DNA of 64,000 nt from assembly GCA_965218285.1 (NCBI GenBank), contig OZ244616.1:5635757-5699756 (forward strand), read 5' to 3'. The notes beneath the pieces are model-generated. The model worked only from the letters and a program-made list of their open reading frames with translations, was not told where the DNA came from and did no database searches. Positions 1-8,530 of this stretch are shown in pieces; position 1 is the first letter of the stretch; the number at the start of each line of letters is the position of its first letter. The position numbers and the translations under genes were made by a program. The stretch is from Candidatus Poribacteria bacterium. GTDB lineage: Bacteria > Poribacteria > WGA-4E > WGA-3G.

Positions 1-1
1 T

Positions 2-1630
2 TATATTCTCAGAACAGGATTACCAACCATTGACAATTCTGACCTATATGTTGGGCAAATTCAACACAGTTACGGTATTGGAGATGGGCAACGGTTTACC
101 TACGGATTAGATGTGTTGCTCACTCGTCCGGATACTGAAGGCACGATTAATGGTGCTAATGAAGAAAACGACGACATCAACGAGATAGGCGTTTATTTGC
201 AGTCGGAAACCAATATCCTGCCACAGTTAAAGTTGCTTGCTGCAGGTAGAGCGGATAATCATAACCATCTCAACGATATTGTGCTATCACCGAGGGTCGC
301 ACTTGCGTTTCAACCAAACGATGACCATAACATCAGGGTAACCTATAACCGCGCTTTCAATACGCCAGGAACTTCAAACCTATTTCTTGATATTCTGTCA
401 AAAGAAAACCCATTTATGGTAGGAATCGATATACGGGCACAGGGTGTCCCCTCCGAAACGGGATTTACTTTTAAAAGAAGTGTAGATGGTCGACCAGAGT
501 TTCGATCCCCCTTCTCACCCTCAGGTGACAATTTCATCCCGCTTGATAGCCCCGCATTTACCGACGTCATGTGGAACGTTGCCAGAAGTGCTGTGATGAG
601 TGGCGCGAAACCGGTTTTTGAAGCGGGTTTAGCCGCACAAGGACTTCCTGCAGAGACCGTGGCAGCACTCTCCGCAGGATTTGAAAGTATTATCCCGCAA
701 CAAGTAGCAGGTGTGGAAAACGTTTTACGCGCACTTGATCCAGCAACATCAGGCTTTATTGACGTTGAAGATGTAAATGACGTTGACACGCTTAAGCCAA
801 CCATCACGCAGACTTATGAGGTTGGCTACAAGGGGATTATACTGAATAGATTGGTTTTTTCTGCTGATGTGTATCACTCAAGAATTAACAATTTCATCGC
901 TCCGTTGGCAGTCGAAACTCCTAATGTGTTCTTGGACGCTCCAACGTTAAGTGCTTCTCTCGGTCAGCAGATCGGAGCGGCATTAGCCGATCCGCAAAAC
1001 GCACAACTTGCGCAAGCACTGCTTGCGTTAGACGCACCTACTCAGGGTGGAAACGGCGATGGTTCGCCTATTGATGAGTTGGTAACGTTGTTCGTGGCAG
1101 GAACTGCAAACAACGGTGCTGCTTACATCCCATTTGGCACAGTGACACCCGAACAGGCAGCAGACCCAAACGCTGTCATGCTAACCTATCGCAACTACGG
1201 TGACATATCGCTCAACGGATTAGACCTGAATTTCACCTTTTTCCTCAATCCGAGTTGGAGTCTCGGTGCAAATTATTCGTTTGTCAGCAAAGACCTCTTT
1301 GAGAACGTTGATAGAATCGGTGACATTGCCCTAAATGCACCTAAAAACAAGTACGGTGCGAATGTTCAATACATTAACACGGGGCTTGGATTAGGAGTCG
1401 GACTCCGCGCGCGTTATGTGCAAGGATTTCCTGTCCGATCAGGGGTTTATGTCGGCGAAGTCGAATCGTATTGGACGGTTGATCTAACTGCAGGCTACGA
1501 TATTCCACTCGGTCCCAAGCCACGTCTTTCGGTGACTGTCCAAAATCTGCTGGATCGTAAACACCAACAATTTGTCGGAACACCCGAAATTGGTAGGTTG
1601 GCAATTGCACGTTTGACGCAAACTTTTTAA
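2..1630 (+). CDS. TonB-dependent outer-membrane receptor, C-terminal about 540 aa (5' end lies outside window)
   Basis: Frame is open from position 2 with no upstream stop. Sequence shows alternating amphipathic beta-strand character (e.g. RVTYNRAFNTPG, VGLRARYVQGF) and ends with a terminal aromatic residue (..ARLTQTF), as TBDR barrels do. Confidence 0.55.
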   Translation, partial: YILRTGLPTIDNSDLYVGQIQHSYGIGDGQRFTYGLDVLLTRPDTEGTINGANEENDDINEIGVYLQSETNILPQLKLLAAGRADNHNHLNDIVLSPRVALAFQPNDDHNIRVTYNRAFNTPGTSNLFLDILSKENPFMVGIDIRAQGVPSETGFTFKRSVDGRPEFRSPFSPSGDNFIPLDSPAFTDVMWNVARSAVMSGAKPVFEAGLAAQGLPAETVAALSAGFESIIPQQVAGVENVLRALDPATSGFIDVEDVNDVDTLKPTITQTYEVGYKGIILNRLVFSADVYHSRINNFIAPLAVETPNVFLDAPTLSASLGQQIGAALADPQNAQLAQALLALDAPTQGGNGDGSPIDELVTLFVAGTANNGAAYIPFGTVTPEQAADPNAVMLTYRNYGDISLNGLDLNFTFFLNPSWSLGANYSFVSKDLFENVDRIGDIALNAPKNKYGANVQYINTGLGLGVGLRARYVQGFPVRSGVYVGEVESYWTVDLTAGYDIPLGPKPRLSVTVQNLLDRKHQQFVGTPEIGRLAIARLTQTF

Positions 1631-1702
1631 CGCTCTTCCATCAAATCCCCATGCTTTAGCTTGTGGGATGTAGATGGCGCATGATGTGTGTGAAAAATAA
1701 AC

Positions 1703-1732
1703 TTGACAAACGCCCCGAAAATGTAGTATAAT
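1703..1732 (+). promoter_or_regulatory. consensus sigma70-type promoter inside element left end (TTGACA 1703-1708, 18-nt spacer, TATAAT 1727-1732)
   Basis: Read directly. The same hairpin-then-promoter arrangement recurs in every element of this family. Confidence 0.5.
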
Positions 1733-1899
1733 TATAGCAACTTGCTGGATAGGAATACTACCCTGCATACTTATGCAGGTCCTATCCTTACCAGTAGTAT
1801 GGTGTGTGGCAAGTTGCAAGTGAGACCTTGTCCAACATCTATTATTTCGGTGTCGTTCATGTAAGTCGCAAGCGGAGTAATAACCCCGCGCCTTGTATC

Positions 1900-2088
1900 G
1901 GCACCCCCATTTATTATTTTTTGCAGGCTGGGGTGCCCAGGACAAGAATGCCTGATAAAACCGATCTGATTCGGAATAATAGCCTGCTGGTGGAGCGATA
2001 ATAAGACGGTGGACTCTCTGAGAAAACCGCAGTTGCTACGAAGCCGAGGTCTCCCCTACCTTTAGGTAGTGGGTGGTATCACAATATA
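1900..2088 (+). ncRNA. putative TnpB-type omegaRNA (reRNA) scaffold. Boundaries approximate.
   Basis: Homologous to the region downstream of the tnpB remnant at 30420-30608. Ends in the RE hairpin cccctacctttaggtagtggg. Confidence 0.35.
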
Positions 2089-2092
2089 AAGA

Positions 2093-3025
2093 CTAAGGCT
2101 TTACCGGCTTCACACACCGAAAACCGGCGGGAGAAAAGCTGCTGTCTTCTGGAGCCTGTCTGCTACGCCTGGAAACTCTTACATGATCAGGTCCAAAGAT
2201 AAATCCACCACCACGCGACACACGGGGACTTTTAACATCTTTATAGTTTTTTACTATATCCGTAATGCTATCCGCACCCGCAATCGGATTTCGATCCGGT
2301 GAATCCTTATAAAAATTAGCTTGATATTCATCAAGACACCACTCTTCCAGGTTACCCGCCATATCATACAAGCCATAGTCGTTAGGAGGGTATGACCCTA
2401 CAGATACTGTAGAAGGATTCACCTCGTAATTTGCCATACTGGTATCAATTGAATCGCCCCGCGGGTAATCTTTATTTTTCAAACCACCGCGAGCCGCTTT
2501 CTCCCATTCCGCTTCTGTCGGCAAACGTTTCCCTACCCATTTTGCATAAGCCATTGCTGCATACCAGTCCACATTAACGGGATGATTACCCTGTCCTTCT
2601 GGATAGTCATTTCCATTCCAATAGCCCAGGTAAGTTTCGTTACCTACAAATCTAACATTGTCCTTTTGCCACTCCGGATTAGCATCAAGGAATTTTTTAA
2701 ATTCAGCATTTGTTACTTCGTATTTATCTATATAAAAAGCGTCTACATAGACGGTATGCACTGGGACTTCGTCTGCCTGAGGACCATACGGACCATACTT
2801 TTCAACTTCAACAGGTCCATTGTTTCCCATCTGAAATTTGCCTATGGGAATCAGGACCATACCCGTTTCATCGTTGGCATCAGGATTCGGTGTTCTACAA
2901 CCAATAAAAGATACAAGCACCATGCAAGGAATTGAGATGAATTTTACCATTTTCCAGACATTTTGAAGTGTAACTACTGCAGTACCAGTAGCAGTTCTTT
3001 TTTCGAACGTGTTTTTATTATGCAT
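2093..3025 (-). CDS. formylglycine-generating-enzyme (FGE/SUMF1, DUF323) family protein, probable lipoprotein. True start likely near 2950 (MVKFISIPCMVLVSFIGC).
   Basis: FGE-sulfatase-domain motifs: GMVLIP...F.MG, YIDKYEVTNAEF, RLPTEAEWE.AARGG, YGLYDMAGN..EW. Lipobox FIGC. Confidence 0.65.
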   Translation of the reverse strand: MHNKNTFEKRTATGTAVVTLQNVWKMVKFISIPCMVLVSFIGCRTPNPDANDETGMVLIPIGKFQMGNNGPVEVEKYGPYGPQADEVPVHTVYVDAFYIDKYEVTNAEFKKFLDANPEWQKDNVRFVGNETYLGYWNGNDYPEGQGNHPVNVDWYAAMAYAKWVGKRLPTEAEWEKAARGGLKNKDYPRGDSIDTSMANYEVNPSTVSVGSYPPNDYGLYDMAGNLEEWCLDEYQANFYKDSPDRNPIAGADSITDIVKNYKDVKSPRVSRGGGFIFGPDHVRVSRRSRQAPEDSSFSPAGFRCVKPVKP

Positions 3026-3074
3026 TTTTTCTCCTAAAGAATTAAATTACATCAGAATTTTTACACTCTTCCTG

Positions 3075-3468
3075 TCAAATCCCCATGCTTTAGCTTGTGG
3101 GATGTAGACGGCTAAAATCGTTATTTGTCAAAAAACCTTGACATTTTCACTGACACTTGATATACTCTTTTTAGCAGTCGGCATTGGTTCTGATTGATGC
3201 GGTGGTAGACCGCTTGGCAGTGAAACAATCAGGTAAAAGCCTTGCGATTCAATACTGCTAAAGTTCTTTGTAACATCTATTGCACGTTTAGGATAGCACG
3301 TTTGAAAAGACAGCATCCGCTTGAAAATCACGTGTCAAAATAATTAGTTGCCTTCGGGCAAGTGGCTGGCTTAGCAGCCACTGTGGAGCAGACATAAGAC
3401 GCTTCTTCGGAAACGCTGACTGCTACGAAGCACAAGCCCCAGCCTTTAGGCTGTGGGTACTATGACTA
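3075..3468 (+). mobile_element. ORF-less TnpB-family derivative (LE hairpin, promoter, omegaRNA-like RE)
   Basis: Hairpin ccccatgctttagcttgtggg at 3081-3101 plus atgtagacggc. TTGACA(3138-3143)-17-TATACT(3161-3166). 3' end ...agcctttaggctgtgggtactatgac parallels the other right ends. Confidence 0.45.
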
Positions 3469-3962
3469 AAGCCTTTGCCAGAAGGTTGCATATATGCCCG
3501 TACTAACTCTGGTGATGCACTCCCACACGTAAACGAGTGGGCTTCTTGAAGAAGATCCGCCTCCACAAGGCACAACGACGAACCCAAGTGACGTAGGAGA
3601 TATGCAACACCTACGGTACGCACCACAGATACGACTACAGGGAGAGTTTTGAGTGTGGAACTCCCTGATACGTTACCGCTCAATTAGCGAGTATAACGGA
3701 GACCCTAAAAGTCTCACTTGCGTTTAGGCGAAACAAAACTTTTGTTGTTTCGGTATCTAAATCGGGGTTTTCCCAGCAACAAGCAAAGTCCTCTATGCAA
3801 TTTGGATGGGGAGACACTTTCGTAAGGATACGAAAGATTGCATTGCCTCCCACTGCTTGATACTCCAATTATACCACATTTTTTTGTTTTGTGTCAACTT
3901 TTTTTTTGACTTTGGCACGGGCGTTACTGGGTTGGACCCACAGCTAAAGCAGTGGGATTGTT
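3469..3962 (-). mobile_element. probable minus-strand ORF-less TnpB-family derivative (LE hairpin at 3937-3956, promoter on minus strand)
   Basis: Hairpin cccacagctaaagcagtggg with flank attgttag. On the minus strand it is followed by TTGACA-17-TATAAT (plus-strand complements TGTCAA 3892-3897 and ATTATA 3869-3874). The same hairpin and flank occur at 53061 (+) and 62898 (-). Confidence 0.3.
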
Positions 3963-4589
3963 AGACAATGCCCTTCAGTAAAAGCACTTAATTATTAGGA
4001 TGGCGTCGCGTGGTTTGTTGATGAAGTTACGAACCTCGTTACAGGCAACAATCCAGCAAATGTCTACATGTTTATTTGAGATTTTACATTTTACTATAAA
4101 TCGGATCACTTCGTTATTTGAGCAAGTTTCGTGCCAATGTTTCTAAGAATGCGTAATATTGTGTCAGGAAAGATGAAATTCTATGCATATTTTTATCATC
4201 TGTCTTAAACATAGACTCAGACTAAGTTTATCAAGTGAGCGGATATCTTAATTTTTTCGAGAAAAATCACATTAGCGTTCGTTTTCCAACCTTTGCTTTT
4301 TATGGTGTGCAAAAATTGTGGTAGAGTCCTGCATAAATTGCTGCATTATAGTAAGGTCTATAATTATTTACATAATTTGACCTTTGGACAACTTCAAAAC
4401 ACGACTATAAATGTAAGAGGCGCAATGAATTGCGCGACTACAAACGCAGTAAACCCAAAGAAAAGTGTATAGGTATTTTTGGATTTCACTATAAGCAATT
4501 TTGGTAGTGGATATTTGGAAGAAATTTACCATTAGTAGCAGGCGAACGTAGTCATTATTGGAGTGGGTCGAACTGTCCTTATACTGGAC

Positions 4590-5381
4590 TCAGGTTCTAG
4601 GGTGCTCTACTCTCCTGGCTTTAACAGCATACATAGGCCACGAAAAATAGAAATCGTCCTCAGAGGCTTCAACTGTGTAATGCTTTTTTGCATCATCAGG
4701 TGAAAGTTTAGCAAACGCATCACGGATTTCTTGGACCACTTCTGGTGGGTTTTTCTGTGGACGTACCCACCACAAAAACGACATTTGTGCATTTCGCACA
4801 TGCGCTGTTTTCTCAATCTCAAAATCCGCATTCGCAATCATCGCATCCCACTGAGATGGCGGATACCCAAATACATGAGAATCGTCGCGTAATTTCTCTA
4901 CGCGGTTCTGCCATGCTATTAACTGTTCTGATTCAGGGGAAACGGAATCGACGAGACAAAAAAGTCCAGCTATTCGTAGAACCCGATGGACCTCAGACAA
5001 GAATTTTGGGACGTTTTGAAAATGGTGAGGGGCAAGTCGACAGGTCACTAAATCTAACGACGCAGTAGCAAACGGTAGAGATTCTGCAGCGGCAACAGAA
5101 AACGCGATATTCTCTATCGTTTGTTCCTGTGCGAGTTCGGATGCTTTCGTTACCATCTCCGGTGTTAAATCAGTAGCGACAACATGCGCTACTTTTGGAG
5201 CAAGTGCGAACGCTGTAAAACCTGTGCCTGTCGCAATATCCAGTGCTTTTTCTGTCCCTTTTGGATCCGCAAAGTTAAGGATTACCTCAAGGGTATCACC
5301 TTTTGCATGCGCACTGCTTTGCGCGTAGTACTCAGCATGTTGGCTAAACTGGTCTCGGACAGTGGTATGGATGGATTTCAT
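4590..5381 (-). CDS. class I SAM-dependent methyltransferase
   Basis: Motif I LDIATGTGFTA, acidic motif II VATDL, Methyltransf_11-like layout. Confidence 0.7.
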   Translation of the reverse strand: MKSIHTTVRDQFSQHAEYYAQSSAHAKGDTLEVILNFADPKGTEKALDIATGTGFTAFALAPKVAHVVATDLTPEMVTKASELAQEQTIENIAFSVAAAESLPFATASLDLVTCRLAPHHFQNVPKFLSEVHRVLRIAGLFCLVDSVSPESEQLIAWQNRVEKLRDDSHVFGYPPSQWDAMIANADFEIEKTAHVRNAQMSFLWWVRPQKNPPEVVQEIRDAFAKLSPDDAKKHYTVEASEDDFYFSWPMYAVKARRVEHPRT

Positions 5382-5466
5382 ATATTAGTTGTCGGGTAAA
5401 GAGGATTATTTCAAACTGGAAGAGGCACGATGTATTGCGCGACTACAAACGATTTATGAGAATGCG

Positions 5467-6594
5467 TTAGTTAAAGACAATAACGCCACGGGCATTTTCA
5501 CCGGCTTCCATATCCGCAAACGCCTCATTAATCTGATCAAGTTGATAATGTTTTGTGATCAGTTCATCTAACTTCAACTTCCCTTCCGTATATAGATTAA
5601 GAAGTTTCGGCATATCCACCCGGGGTTGACATGAACCGTAGAACGAACCGATTATCTGCCTTTCAGATGCGACGAAGTGTTGCGCTGGAATGCTGAATTC
5701 CATTTCATGGTGTGCCATTCCAACAATTACCGCAGTGCCAGCAGCGCGCACCATACGATATGCTTGAACGATAGTTTTCGGATTGCCGATGACTTCAAAA
5801 GCATAATCTACGCCGCGACCATCGGTTAATTCACGAACCGCTTCAATAGGATCACATTCAGCAGCGTTGACGACATCCGTAGCACCAAAACGTTTGGCAA
5901 AGTCAAGTTTTTTCTGAGCAATATCAACAGCGATAATCTTTTCTGCTTGTGCAAGCACAGCACCTTGAATGGCATTTAAACCTACACCGCCGGTTCCAAT
6001 AATCGCTACAGAACTACCGGGTTCCACCTTCGCTGTATTGAGAACTGCACCAACACCTGTTGTCACACCACATCCGACAAGCGCAGCTTGCGCTAACGAA
6101 TAATGATTATCTATTTTGACGAGGTTTTGTTGTGGCACGACCATATATTCCGACATCGTTGCAATCCGTGTCATCTGAAGGATACCCTCACCCGATTTGT
6201 TATATAAGCGATAAGTGCCATCTAATTGAAACCCGCGAGGTACATCGTAACTTTCGCAAAGGCAGACTTTCTCCATCTGACACATGTGGCAATCACCGCA
6301 ATATGTGACGAAGGATAGAATTACATGGTCACCCGGTTGGAAATCTGCTACATCCTCACCTACACGTTCAATTATACCTGCGCCTTCGTGTCCGAGTACG
6401 ACAGCAGCATCGTAGTAGATAGCACCCGTAACGACCGATAGATCAGAGTGGCACACACCACTTGCAGCAGTACGGACAAGGACTTCATTGGCTTTCGGTT
6501 CTTCTAAGTCCAGTTCCTCAACAACCACAGGTTGATTATGTTCATACATAACAGCGGCGCGTGTTTTCATCACTCTTCGGACTGGAGACCCCAT
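5467..6594 (-). CDS. zinc-dependent alcohol dehydrogenase family oxidoreductase. True start probably MKTRAAV near 6570.
   Basis: GHEGAGIIERVGEDV zinc-ADH signature, structural-zinc cysteines (CGDCHMC), GTGGVGL Rossmann motif. The first 8 codons of the listed ORF are supplied by an IS-derived repeat. Confidence 0.75.
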   Translation of the reverse strand: MGSPVRRVMKTRAAVMYEHNQPVVVEELDLEEPKANEVLVRTAASGVCHSDLSVVTGAIYYDAAVVLGHEGAGIIERVGEDVADFQPGDHVILSFVTYCGDCHMCQMEKVCLCESYDVPRGFQLDGTYRLYNKSGEGILQMTRIATMSEYMVVPQQNLVKIDNHYSLAQAALVGCGVTTGVGAVLNTAKVEPGSSVAIIGTGGVGLNAIQGAVLAQAEKIIAVDIAQKKLDFAKRFGATDVVNAAECDPIEAVRELTDGRGVDYAFEVIGNPKTIVQAYRMVRAAGTAVIVGMAHHEMEFSIPAQHFVASERQIIGSFYGSCQPRVDMPKLLNLYTEGKLKLDELITKHYQLDQINEAFADMEAGENARGVIVFN

Positions 6595-6908
6595 CCTTTA
6601 GGTTGGGGAGGAAAGCCCGCTCCTTTTATTTTTGGTATTAGGAGTTTAGTTTCCAATCAAATATAACTGAAAACTAAATCCCTAATATGCACAAACATAA
6701 GTTTGCGTTCTCCCTTTCGGGGTGTCTGTTGCCCCATCCAGATCACAGTATCCGAGAGGAATCGGACTTGGGGAGCATCCGAAACATCGTGCTGGCTACC
6801 ACGCCAAGATACTGCGATATTTTACTGTAGTCAACGGTTTAACTTGTGAAGTGGACGCTCGGATTGCGCTTTGCACAAGCCCCATGCTTTAGCTTGGGGT
6901 TATTGACC
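6568..6908 (-). mobile_element. ORF-less IsrB-type element: RE repeat (6568-6624) plus omegaRNA module (about 6715-6908), with no isrB gene
   Basis: 6568-6624 matches 14918-14973 (catcactcttcgg.ctggagaccccatcctttaggttggggaggaaagcccgctcc). 6722-6908 aligns almost base-for-base with 16000-16190, the region between the IsrB start codon and the LE terminus ...ccccatgctttagcttggggttattgac. Confidence 0.55.
6715..6908 (-). ncRNA. orphan IscB/IsrB-type omegaRNA scaffold copy
   Basis: Near-identity to the 5' UTR module of the intact isrB at 15977-16190. Confidence 0.4.
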
Positions 6909-6963
6909 ACTAACCGATGATATTAACCTGTATATTTTCGTGCAATGCTGTGCATTTCACTTC

Positions 6964-8055
6964 TTATACGGTTTGCAAGTTACTCATAGATAGTAACCAG
7001 GGTTCATCTACCAAAGCACGCAGGAATATCCCGCGTGCGCCATTCAAGTCTCTGTTCATCTTGAGTCCTGTGCTATCTTTGATTATCTTTCGTCCGCCGA
7101 GTGATTTTCTAATCTCACCATTCCAAGAAACTGTTTTTGATGTGTATGCTTCACAGACATCAACTACAATACATCCAGTTTCTTCTGCTTTATGTTTTAG
7201 AAATTGTTTGAATCTGTAGTGAGATAGTGTCAACATTTGTCTTGCAGACTTTTTTCGTAGTTTGCGTTTTCCACGCATCACCATATCTGAAGTCTCAAAT
7301 GTGGGGAGCAAGATAATATCAAAGTTATCAACAAGGTATCGTGCAACTTTATGGTGCAATTCATCAACAAGATTTCTGATACGTGTGCGTATTCTGTTTG
7401 CAGCACGTCTCATATTCTTGCGTGATTGTTGAGTCGCTTTTGTTGCATGGGATAAAAGATTATCAAGGTGTGAACAAAGTCTTTGAATCCGATTAATAGC
7501 ATGGTGTCCAAGCCATCCGAAACCACGCTCATGAAAATATGTGAGGAATGTTCTCACGCCAAGGTCTAAAGCAACAACACGTCCGTTTGACTTTCGCTTC
7601 GGAGTTGTCACAGTATAAGATACACATAGATAGTATTTATCATTCTCTTTTACCAGTCGGGAGTCACAGATATTATCAGGTAACATCTCTGACATCTTTA
7701 GCTCACCAAGTAAGGTATGATAGACACCGCGTGGTTTTATAGCAGACTTTGGAATGAAAATACTATCTGATGGATGACGTTTAGACTTGAAAGAAACAGA
7801 TTGAAACTCACCTGTTTTCTTACATTTTCGCTTTGCTTCTCTGACAGCAATAGACTTTATCTGATACGGAGTTTCTTTGCTCCAATCAGGTAGATCGTGA
7901 AGAATGCCTGTTTTTATCGCTTTCCAATTTGCTTTTGTGTCTGTTTCGTTCAACAAAGCAACGGTTTTATCGAGTTTCGGTGTCAAAACCCAATGCTTTA
8001 GCTTTGGGATGTAGACACCGCCCTCTTGTATTAGACCAAAACTTTTTCTTGACAT
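6964..8055 (-). CDS. tnpB: TnpB-like RuvC-fold nuclease (IS200/IS605/IS607 accessory protein). N-terminus probably disrupted; the annotated first ~25 codons run through another element's left end.
   Basis: RuvC-I VVALDLGVRTF, RuvC-II LLPTFETSDM, C-terminal ..CEAYTSKT..NRDLNGARGIF (RuvC-III D.N.A..I motif) with a degenerate zinc finger. The -35 box of an opposite-strand promoter overlaps the annotated ATG. Confidence 0.65.
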   Translation of the reverse strand: MSRKSFGLIQEGGVYIPKLKHWVLTPKLDKTVALLNETDTKANWKAIKTGILHDLPDWSKETPYQIKSIAVREAKRKCKKTGEFQSVSFKSKRHPSDSIFIPKSAIKPRGVYHTLLGELKMSEMLPDNICDSRLVKENDKYYLCVSYTVTTPKRKSNGRVVALDLGVRTFLTYFHERGFGWLGHHAINRIQRLCSHLDNLLSHATKATQQSRKNMRRAANRIRTRIRNLVDELHHKVARYLVDNFDIILLPTFETSDMVMRGKRKLRKKSARQMLTLSHYRFKQFLKHKAEETGCIVVDVCEAYTSKTVSWNGEIRKSLGGRKIIKDSTGLKMNRDLNGARGIFLRALVDEPWLLSMSNLQTV

Positions 8056-8411
8056 AAAACACGATTCTTGCTATAATCTCTTTTCGTAACTCCACGGGTT
8101 GTGAGCAGGCGTTCTGGGTGCTACATACCGAGTGAACTCACGTAAAGTTGCGACACAAGCGGTAGAAGTCTTTGACACCAGATAGTTGCTGATGGAAGCT
8201 TAGAGTGTAATGGGAAAGAGTGGTAGGACACCATCCCGAAAACAGCACTCTCAAAAATGTTCATAAGACACCTTCGGGTGTGCAGGCGGGGCATCGTCTG
8301 TTGGAGTAGAGGGTGTTAGACTTGCTTAGCAAGCAACCCTTGTTGATACCACAATCTACACAGCAGGTGGGACAAAAGAACCCCACTGCTTTAGCTGTGG
8401 GAGTATGTCAG
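7983..8411 (+). mobile_element. plus-strand ORF-less TnpB-family derivative lying between the tnpB body and its N-terminal fragment
   Basis: LE hairpin cccaatgctttagctttggg (7995-8014) plus atgtagacacc. TTGACA(8049-8054)-17-TATAAT(8072-8077). RE hairpin ccccactgctttagctgtggg (8388-8408) plus agtatgtcag, as at 63502-63530. Confidence 0.4.
8049..8077 (+). promoter_or_regulatory. consensus sigma70 promoter (TTGACA-17-TATAAT) on the plus strand
   Basis: Read directly. Confidence 0.45.
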
Positions 8412-8530
8412 TGTAAGTGAAACGTGCAGTGCCCAACCACTGCCGAAGTGTTTCACGTTGTTCTGTTGTCGGATAGACTCTTATCTTCTTTGATTTTGTC
8501 ACGGTAACTTCTGAGCCCGTGCATCCGGCA
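8356..8530 (-). pseudogene. tnpB: tnpB N-terminal fragment (..KKIRVYPTTEQRETLRQWLGTARFTYTD..) directly downstream of tnpA. Same frame as the 6964-8055 body, but separated from it by about 300 bp containing a stop.
   Basis: Canonical TnpB N-terminus pattern (Y.FRLYPT.EQ...L....G.ARFVYN). The listed ORF 8356-8967 ends inside hairpin 8388-8408. Confidence 0.45.

Larger units (their letters stand above)
1641..2088 (+). mobile_element. ORF-less IS200/IS605-type (TnpB-family) derivative with four parts: left-end hairpin, sigma70 promoter, short tnpB C-terminal remnant (LQAGVP), and omegaRNA-like right end
   Basis: LE hairpin ccccatgctttagcttgtggg (1647-1667) followed by atgtagatggc and TTGACA-18-TATAAT. 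The 3' 170 bp are near-identical to 30440-30608, which follows a recognisable tnpB zinc-finger/RuvC-III remnant. Terminus ...cctttaggtagtgggtggtatcacaat. Confidence 0.5.

Noticed and set aside
343-1945. Antisense ORFs 343-807, 1374-1610 and 1484-1945 overlapping the TonB receptor gene and the first mini-element
   Set aside because: They lie antisense to a well-supported CDS or span a noncoding element, with no motifs.
1804-2001. ORF 1804-2001 (65 aa) ending LQAGVPRTR...
   Set aside because: Only the last few codons resemble a tnpB C-terminus. The rest spans the promoter/body of an ORF-less element. Treated as a noncoding element remnant, not a gene.
8060-8385. Treating 8060-8385 as a confidently annotated omegaRNA
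   Set aside because: Only the architecture (promoter at the left, RE-type hairpin at the right) supports it. There is no tnpB remnant and no sequence similarity to the 1920-2088/30440-30608 omegaRNA-like ends, so the call stays at element level only.
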